Of a DNA stretch of 32,000 bases, positions 26,460 through 32,000 are shown piece by piece. Source of the stretch: Candidatus Altimarinota bacterium (GTDB lineage: Bacteria; Patescibacteriota; Gracilibacteria; UBA1369). A program made the position numbers and the translations under genes. Below the pieces are notes generated by a model. That model saw nothing but the letters and a program-made list of their open reading frames with translations. It searched no databases and had not been told where the DNA came from. Position 1 is the first letter of the stretch. The number at the start of each line of letters is the position of its first letter. Location of the stretch: assembly GCA_041659405.1 (NCBI GenBank), contig JBAZYK010000010.1:30001-62000 (forward strand). Reading direction: 5' to 3'.

Positions 26460-27140
26460 TCAAATATTTTTCAGCATTTCTTTAACTTTAAACATTGGCA
26501 GGCCGATCACGTTGTCGTAATCGCCGTCGATTTTTTTGATCATTTTGCCGCCGCTGCCTTCAATCGAAAAAGCTCCGGAGATTTTTAGGGCTTCCGGGGC
26601 GCTCGCCAGCAGGTCAATTTCTGCCCGGGTCATTTTTTTGATTTTGAGTTTTGTGAGCACGCACGAAGTGCGCTTGCGCATGACTTTGCCGTTTATGTCA
26701 GTTTTTAAAATTGCCAATCCGGTGTAGACGCGAATGGTTTTTCCGCTCATGGAGCCAATAATTTGCTGGGCTTCTTTGATGTTTTTGGGTTTGCCGATTT
26801 TTTTTGTGCCAACCATGATAAAAGTGTCTGCGCCAATGATGATTGCGTTAGGCCATTTTGGGGCAACCGTTAGTGCTTTTCCCAAAGCCAAATGCGTGGC
26901 CAGTTTTCGTGGATGGCCGTGCGATAGCATGTCTTCGTCAAAATCGCTTGTGCACCAGGTAAAAGGTTTGTGCAGTTTTTTCATGAGCTGACGCCTTGCC
27001 AAAGATGCGGAGGCAAGAACAATTTGAGGGCTTGGGGAAAGCGAGCGATTCTTTGAAACTTCGTCATGATTCGTCGTTTCCTTTCGACCGCGAACCGTTT
27101 CCTTTTTACGGCTTGTTTTAGAGCTTTTTGTTGACATCAT
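26460..27140 (-). CDS. maf: Maf-like nucleotide pyrophosphatase with basic N-terminal extension
   Basis: IVLASASLARRQLMKKL, ALGKALTVA, IIIGADTFIMVG, KIGKPKNIKEAQQIIGSMSGKTIRVYTGLAI, YDNVIGLPM. Confidence 0.9.
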   Translation of the reverse strand: MMSTKSSKTSRKKETVRGRKETTNHDEVSKNRSLSPSPQIVLASASLARRQLMKKLHKPFTWCTSDFDEDMLSHGHPRKLATHLALGKALTVAPKWPNAIIIGADTFIMVGTKKIGKPKNIKEAQQIIGSMSGKTIRVYTGLAILKTDINGKVMRKRTSCVLTKLKIKKMTRAEIDLLASAPEALKISGAFSIEGSGGKMIKKIDGDYDNVIGLPMFKVKEMLKNI

Positions 27141-27159
27141 TCTTGTTTTAGGGTAATGT
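27131..27159 (+). promoter_or_regulatory. Candidate promoter TTGACA-17bp-TAATGT for ABC exporter
   Basis: TTGACA 27131-27136 (overlapping the divergent maf start region), TAATGT 27154-27159, ATG at 27188. Confidence 0.45.
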
Positions 27160-27187
27160 GCTATCTCTGTATATACAAATCACAAAG

Positions 27188-28969
27188 ATGCGACAACTAA
27201 AATCTTATCTGAAATATACGTTCGGACTCGTTTGGCGTCAAAAAAAACAAGTAATTTCCTTGGTGCTTTTGATTGTGTTCGCGACTGCCGTTCGCTTGGT
27301 GCAGCCATATTTTTATAAGGTTTTGGTGGATACTCTTACAAACGGTGCGGCAAATAAATTTTTTACGAACGATCAGACCGGCTTTATGATCACGATTGTG
27401 CTTGTATGGTTTCTTTTTGCGGTTGCCAGTAATTTGCTGAATGCCCAGCTGAATTATGTTGTTTGGACGATTGGAAATCGCAATTCACAGTGGGTGCACG
27501 TTGATGGTTTTCGCAAATTATTAAAGATGGATTATGCCAAGCATACACTTAAACACTCCAGTAAATATGCCAAAATTGTGGATGAAGCCGATACCTCCAT
27601 GTGGGAAATGACCAACTGGTGGCTGGGAAGATTTTTCCCGGGCGTGATTGGTTTTGTGGCGATGTTGGCGATTGCCTTTAGTACAAGCGTAGAAATGACT
27701 TTGGTTTCACTCGCGGTGGTGCCTTTTGGTTTGGGGATAATTTTTTTCATGTTGAATAAATATGATGATGATCAGCGCAAAGTTAATAAACTTTGGAATC
27801 GGAAACATGAACATTTGAGTGACCAGATTTCCAATATCATTACTTATAAATTAAATCAGAATGAAAAACTTTTTGTGGAAGTGCAAAAGGATTTTAGTGA
27901 TCGGGCCACAAAAGCCCAGCATGCTTTAAATCAAAAATGGCGGCTTGTGGACATGCTTAATCCGGATGCGATTGCCAGGTTTTTGGTGATGGGTGTTGGT
28001 GTTTTTTTGGTTCAGCAGGGCAAAATTGGCCTGGGAACTCTTTTTATGTTTTTGGGTTTGTTGAATGAAATTTTGTCACCACTGCATTTTCTTGGAGATA
28101 TCTTGCCGCAATATAGCCGTCGTGCGCGTCATATTGATCGTTATCTGCAACTTTTGAATGATCCTGATGGAATTATCGATCCGGAAGATCCCAAGCCTTT
28201 AAAACAGGTTAAAGGCAAGATTGAATTTAAAAATGTCAGCTTTGCGTATCCCGGGAAAAAAGCGGAGGCGGGTTTTATAATTAAAGATTTATCTTTTGTG
28301 ATTGTTCCGGGTGAACACATGGCGATTGTTGGTCATTCCGGAGCAGGGAAGTCCACAATCATGGCATTACTTACACGTTTGGTTGATCCCGTTTCCGGCC
28401 AGGTTTTGTTGGACGGTGAAGATATTCGCAATTTTAAATTGGAAGAATATCATAAAATTATTGGAACTGTTTTGCAGGAACATTCTTTGTATGATGAAAC
28501 GATCGCCCAAAATATTGCCTATGGAGAGCCAAAAGCAACTCGTGAGGAAATTATTCAAGCGGCAAAAAAAGCGGCTGCGCATGAATTTATTGATGTGCTT
28601 GTTGAAGGCTACGATACTTTAATCGGCGAAAAAGGCGTGCGACTTTCCGGTGGTGAAAAGCAGCGAATTTCAATCGCGAGGGCGGTTTTAAAAGATCCGA
28701 AAATTGTGGTTTTGGACGAGCCGACCAGCGCTTTGGACAGTATCACCGAATCCAAAGTGCAAAAGGGTTTGGACACTTTGTTGAAGGGGCGAACGGCGAT
28801 AGTTATTGCGCATCGACTTTCCACTGTTCGTGAATCGGATAAAATTCTGGTTTTGGAAAAAGGCCGACGGGTTGATCTTGGCTCACACGCGGAGTTAATG
28901 AAAACCTGTAAAGATTATCAGGAAATGGTTAAATTGCAGACCAGCGGTTTTTTGGCTGATGAGGTTTAG
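27188..28969 (+). CDS. ABC transporter, fused permease/ATP-binding (MsbA/lipid-drug exporter type)
   Basis: N-terminal TM domain; Walker A GHSGAGKSTI, signature RLSGGEKQRISIARA, Walker B IVVLDEPTSALD, H-loop VIAHRLSTVR. Track GTG start at 27158; ATG 27188 (MRQLKSYLKYTF) preferred. Confidence 0.95.
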   Translation: MRQLKSYLKYTFGLVWRQKKQVISLVLLIVFATAVRLVQPYFYKVLVDTLTNGAANKFFTNDQTGFMITIVLVWFLFAVASNLLNAQLNYVVWTIGNRNSQWVHVDGFRKLLKMDYAKHTLKHSSKYAKIVDEADTSMWEMTNWWLGRFFPGVIGFVAMLAIAFSTSVEMTLVSLAVVPFGLGIIFFMLNKYDDDQRKVNKLWNRKHEHLSDQISNIITYKLNQNEKLFVEVQKDFSDRATKAQHALNQKWRLVDMLNPDAIARFLVMGVGVFLVQQGKIGLGTLFMFLGLLNEILSPLHFLGDILPQYSRRARHIDRYLQLLNDPDGIIDPEDPKPLKQVKGKIEFKNVSFAYPGKKAEAGFIIKDLSFVIVPGEHMAIVGHSGAGKSTIMALLTRLVDPVSGQVLLDGEDIRNFKLEEYHKIIGTVLQEHSLYDETIAQNIAYGEPKATREEIIQAAKKAAAHEFIDVLVEGYDTLIGEKGVRLSGGEKQRISIARAVLKDPKIVVLDEPTSALDSITESKVQKGLDTLLKGRTAIVIAHRLSTVRESDKILVLEKGRRVDLGSHAELMKTCKDYQEMVKLQTSGFLADEV

Positions 28970-29721
28970 ATTTTGCCTTTAAGATAAGCCTGGCGAAGTT
29001 CTTCCGGAAAGCGTTCAATGGCATAGCGAAGCATGGTTCGCGGCATTTTTTTGTAATGCAGTTTCAAAAAATATTCTTCGGCTTCCTGTGATCTTTTGCC
29101 AATTTCCCGCAGCATCCAGCCAACAGCCTTATGAATTAAATCGTGCTTATCTTTTAAAAGCATGGTGGCAATTTGAAAAGCGTAAACAAATTGATTTTTT
29201 TTGATGAAATAAAAAGTTGCGAGCACGCTGATTCGGCGATGCCACATATTTTTAGAATCGGCCAGCTCTTCCAGGAGTTCCGTTGGTTTAAAGGAGCGGA
29301 TGCCAACTTGAAAAATAGGTGCATGTTCAAAAAGATATGCTCCGATAATTTTATCGGCGGAAAGATCAACCAAATCCCAATTATTGATGTAATCAAGATG
29401 CATCATGTAAAAATCAAAAACGGCTTTCTGTACACTTTCTTGGCCTTTTTCATATTTGGCAACAAGAATTAGCAGTGCGGCTAGCCGTTCTTCGTGAATT
29501 GTGCTTTTGATAATCACATCGATCTCATCAAAAGTAAGATCTTGATATTTTTGGGCGATTTGACGAATTATTGGCACGTTGATGCCTGCGAATTTATCAC
29601 CTTCGCCATATTGTCCCGGACCGGTTTTAAAGAACCGTTGCAATAATGTGGCTTTAACAGGATTGGCATGAAGCATGATTTCCTGTTTGAGTTCTTGAAC
29701 TTTGGGGCTGTGTGTAGTCAT
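28966..29721 (-). CDS. DNA alkylation repair protein, AlkD-like
   Basis: FFKTGPGQYGEGDKFAGINVPIIRQIAQKY, NNWDLVDLSADKIIG, WHRRISVLATFYFI, AVGWMLREIGKR, MPRTMLRYAIERFPEELRQAYL. Preferred start MTTHSPK at 29721. Confidence 0.93.
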   Translation of the reverse strand: MTTHSPKVQELKQEIMLHANPVKATLLQRFFKTGPGQYGEGDKFAGINVPIIRQIAQKYQDLTFDEIDVIIKSTIHEERLAALLILVAKYEKGQESVQKAVFDFYMMHLDYINNWDLVDLSADKIIGAYLFEHAPIFQVGIRSFKPTELLEELADSKNMWHRRISVLATFYFIKKNQFVYAFQIATMLLKDKHDLIHKAVGWMLREIGKRSQEAEEYFLKLHYKKMPRTMLRYAIERFPEELRQAYLKGKI

Positions 29722-29798
29722 GGTGGAGGTTTTTATTTTGGAGTCGAAAAAGGGGAGTGTCAGCAAATAGATGTTTGTTGATCAACTGAACTTGGTTT

Positions 29799-30551
29799 TT
29801 ATAAATAACTGATGGCTTTGATAACAAAGATGTGCCCTATGTATATGTAAAATGAGTTGCGGCCCAGAAAAGAGAGCATCTGGTTTTTAGGGAGGACTCT
29901 GGCGATTAAGAAGTATACTGCAAAAACTTGTGGAATAAAAATGAAATCATAAAAGTTTCCAAATGCCAAAATGATAAATGGGATAATGCAGGTTAATAAG
30001 GCAAAAATTGATTGTCTGTTTTTTAGGTTTGTTGCCGTGGAGTGAAGATCCCAATTGAGTGATAAAAAATATCCGACAAGTCCGTAAAGAAGAAAGGCGA
30101 GGTTATAGCTGTAAAAACCGCTCAAGTTAAGGATAATAATTGCAATTAAGCTGATTAATCCGCTGTAGATGGAATTTTTAATCAGTTTATCCATGGGAAT
30201 ACTGATCAGGATAAGCAAAGACATTGGCAGCAGAATTTCAAAAGAGAAAATTACTTGATTGCCTTTGATCAGTTCAAAAAGATTGAAATCGCTTTTTAGA
30301 TAGTTTGGAATGTTGAATATTAAAAAGCAGGCCAGAATTTTAAGCGCAAGAATGAGTTTTTTATGGGTTTTGTTCTGCAAAAATCTTGCCAAGATAACTC
30401 CCAGGAAAATAACAAAGCCCATTGGTATCCAATAAAAAAACCGTTGATCAAATTGCAGTGAAGTAAGGTTGGTGATGATATGAAAAATCACCATGCCTGT
30501 TAGCAGCAGTCCGCGGTAAATGTCATAAGATTGGATTCGTTGTTTTTGCAT
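29799..30551 (-). CDS. Multi-TM acyltransferase-like membrane protein (HGSNAT/DUF1624-like)
   Basis: IQSYDIYRGLLLTGMVIFHIITNL N-terminal motif followed by many TM helices. Confidence 0.65.
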   Translation of the reverse strand: MQKQRIQSYDIYRGLLLTGMVIFHIITNLTSLQFDQRFFYWIPMGFVIFLGVILARFLQNKTHKKLILALKILACFLIFNIPNYLKSDFNLFELIKGNQVIFSFEILLPMSLLILISIPMDKLIKNSIYSGLISLIAIIILNLSGFYSYNLAFLLYGLVGYFLSLNWDLHSTATNLKNRQSIFALLTCIIPFIILAFGNFYDFIFIPQVFAVYFLIARVLPKNQMLSFLGRNSFYIYIGHIFVIKAISYL

Positions 30552-32000
30552 TAAGGTGTGCCCGGCACGCTGAGAGTAATAGATTTTATGCCGCCTGCAT
30601 ATCCCACAGTTATGATAGTGTCGGTGGCGTTTGAAGTTGATTGAGATTGCACGCTCTGGCCATTAACGGAAGATGTGAAGTTCCCGCTGATGAGCGTTTT
30701 TGGTATGGTTATCACGGCATTGCCTGTTGTTACATTGGAGTCAGCAACCGTGAAGGTGATTGCGTGTGTAGTTGGGTTGAATGTCAGGGCCGAAACAGAA
30801 GACTCCGAACTTACGGAAATAGAATAACACTGGCCATTGGCCGGAACTGAATAATTGTAGAGAGGTTTTTGTTGTTTCAAAAAGAGTTTTTTGGAATTTG
30901 CGCTTAAGATGTTGCGGGCGGCGTTTGGGTCCAGATAAGCCAGGAGAGATTTCCAGTGTCCAACGGCATCAGCCGGGGCCCCATTAGAGATGTTGCCCGT
31001 ATAGTTGAGCCATCTTTCCAGACCATTTGAGCCACCTCCGGCATCTGAACCGAATAAAATGCGGGAGTTCCAGGTTTCAAAGAATCGCTTCCACTCTTCT
31101 TTTATTTGGCCATTATTAGATTGATCTGCGAGCAACGCCCAATTAGAGTTGGGTTGAGGCAGAGGGTTTTGCATGTTCTGAATCCCGGCCGTGTCTAAGT
31201 ACAGATTAGGATGTCGTAAGAGGAAGTCGTTGAGCGTTGCGCTGTTGAGCGGCATATTGTTGAATCCGAGATGGGCCCAGATTAAAATAGCGTCTTTGTT
31301 GTAACTCAACATTTTTTCGAAGGCGGTGTTCGCAACAGTGTCGTCAGGTACGAAGTGAAATGAGATTGGGCCGTGATATTTAGCGGACAGATTTACCAAC
31401 TGAAGCCAGAGTGGAGAATCTGCCGGAACATAGATGTTCGGCGTACCAGGGGGATAGTTATTGCCACCATAGTACCTTAGATTAGTTTCGCCTATGCCGG
31501 AAAATTTTCCTGTTTTCAATTGTGCTTCGGCAGAGGTGACGAATGTTTGACCTTGTGTGAGCCAGGTAGAGGCTTGTGGTTGGTCGGGAGTATCTGCGAA
31601 TGTTATAAATCTACCGGGGTATTTTGATATGGCGTCGAGCGATGTGAGCGAATCCGTATACAGGTTTGTCATGCTCACACCGGCCTTATTCATCTCTGAA
31701 ATTATCTGAGATGCGGTAATTGTGGATGGTACGTGGGCATGAGAATCGAAAATATCCATATGCGATGTGTCGGTAGGGCCGGTGCATGAAGTGTTTGGGG
31801 TGGATGGGGAGGTTGGGTTGGTTGGGCTGGTTGGGCTGACAATTGTGCGATAAATGATTCCGCTGATACTGCCGCGCGTCATTAAATCTGTCGGCGAGAA
31901 GATTGGCCATTTTTCTTCGAGATAGTTATTTGACTGCGCATATTTGACGTATGGTTCATACCAGCTGCCCTTTTCGACATCTTGAAAAACCGCCTGAACA
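30551..32000 (-). CDS. SLH-domain surface protein with PT-rich linker, amidohydrolase-like TIM barrel and C-terminal beta domain (incomplete; continues beyond right edge)
   Basis: Frame is open through 32000: VQAVFQDVEKGSWYEPYVKYAQSNNYLEEKWPIFSPTDLMTRGSISGIIYRTIV (SLH-like), then SPTSPTNPTSPSTPNTS linker, DIFDSHAHVPS, ILFGSDAGG, and a C-terminal Ig/beta-like region. Confidence 0.82.
   Translation of the reverse strand, partial: VQAVFQDVEKGSWYEPYVKYAQSNNYLEEKWPIFSPTDLMTRGSISGIIYRTIVSPTSPTNPTSPSTPNTSCTGPTDTSHMDIFDSHAHVPSTITASQIISEMNKAGVSMTNLYTDSLTSLDAISKYPGRFITFADTPDQPQASTWLTQGQTFVTSAEAQLKTGKFSGIGETNLRYYGGNNYPPGTPNIYVPADSPLWLQLVNLSAKYHGPISFHFVPDDTVANTAFEKMLSYNKDAILIWAHLGFNNMPLNSATLNDFLLRHPNLYLDTAGIQNMQNPLPQPNSNWALLADQSNNGQIKEEWKRFFETWNSRILFGSDAGGGSNGLERWLNYTGNISNGAPADAVGHWKSLLAYLDPNAARNILSANSKKLFLKQQKPLYNYSVPANGQCYSISVSSESSVSALTFNPTTHAITFTVADSNVTTGNAVITIPKTLISGNFTSSVNGQSVQSQSTSNATDTIITVGYAGGIKSITLSVPGTP

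Noticed and set aside
1-32000. CRISPR arrays, rRNA genes, intact tRNAs, transposases or prophage genes
   Set aside because: No regularly spaced repeats, no rRNA-like stretches, no cloverleaf-capable sequence, and no transposase, integrase or phage motifs seen by eye. Infernal and tRNAscan-SE would be the decisive checks.

Overview
The window is a compact, gene-dense bacterial chromosome segment read with the standard code. It most resembles a Patescibacteria/CPR-type genome; this is an inference from GYAWSDNxGW-type surface repeats, small genes and tight convergent gene pairs, not proven. Confident content: pheS-pheT (minus strand, pheT running off the left edge), a Tat-signal GH1-like glycosidase, an HU protein with a structured 3' region, a RelB/DinJ-YafQ toxin-antitoxin pair, topA, a large secreted W-repeat surface protein, a membrane GT2 glycosyltransferase, a phosphohexomutase, nadM-like and nadE genes, smpB, a DUF2188 protein, asnS, maf, an MsbA-like ABC exporter, AlkD, an acyltransferase-like membrane protein, and an SLH-containing amidohydrolase-like surface protein running off the right edge. 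Most noteworthy: (1) PheT carries two tandem tRNA-binding/EMAPII-like OB domains, one inserted into the N-terminal subdomain; (2) the supplied ORF 30551..31882 is truncated, because its frame continues upstream into a recognisable SLH domain, giving SLH + PT linker + TIM-barrel hydrolase + archaeal-like surface domain; (3) the uncharacterised 5605..6828 protein reads like a degenerate protein-kinase fold; (4) a divergent pair of single-TM, low-complexity proteins shares a C-terminal motif; (5) several clean sigma70-type promoters correct start sites. No CRISPR array, rRNA, intact tRNA or transposase was found.
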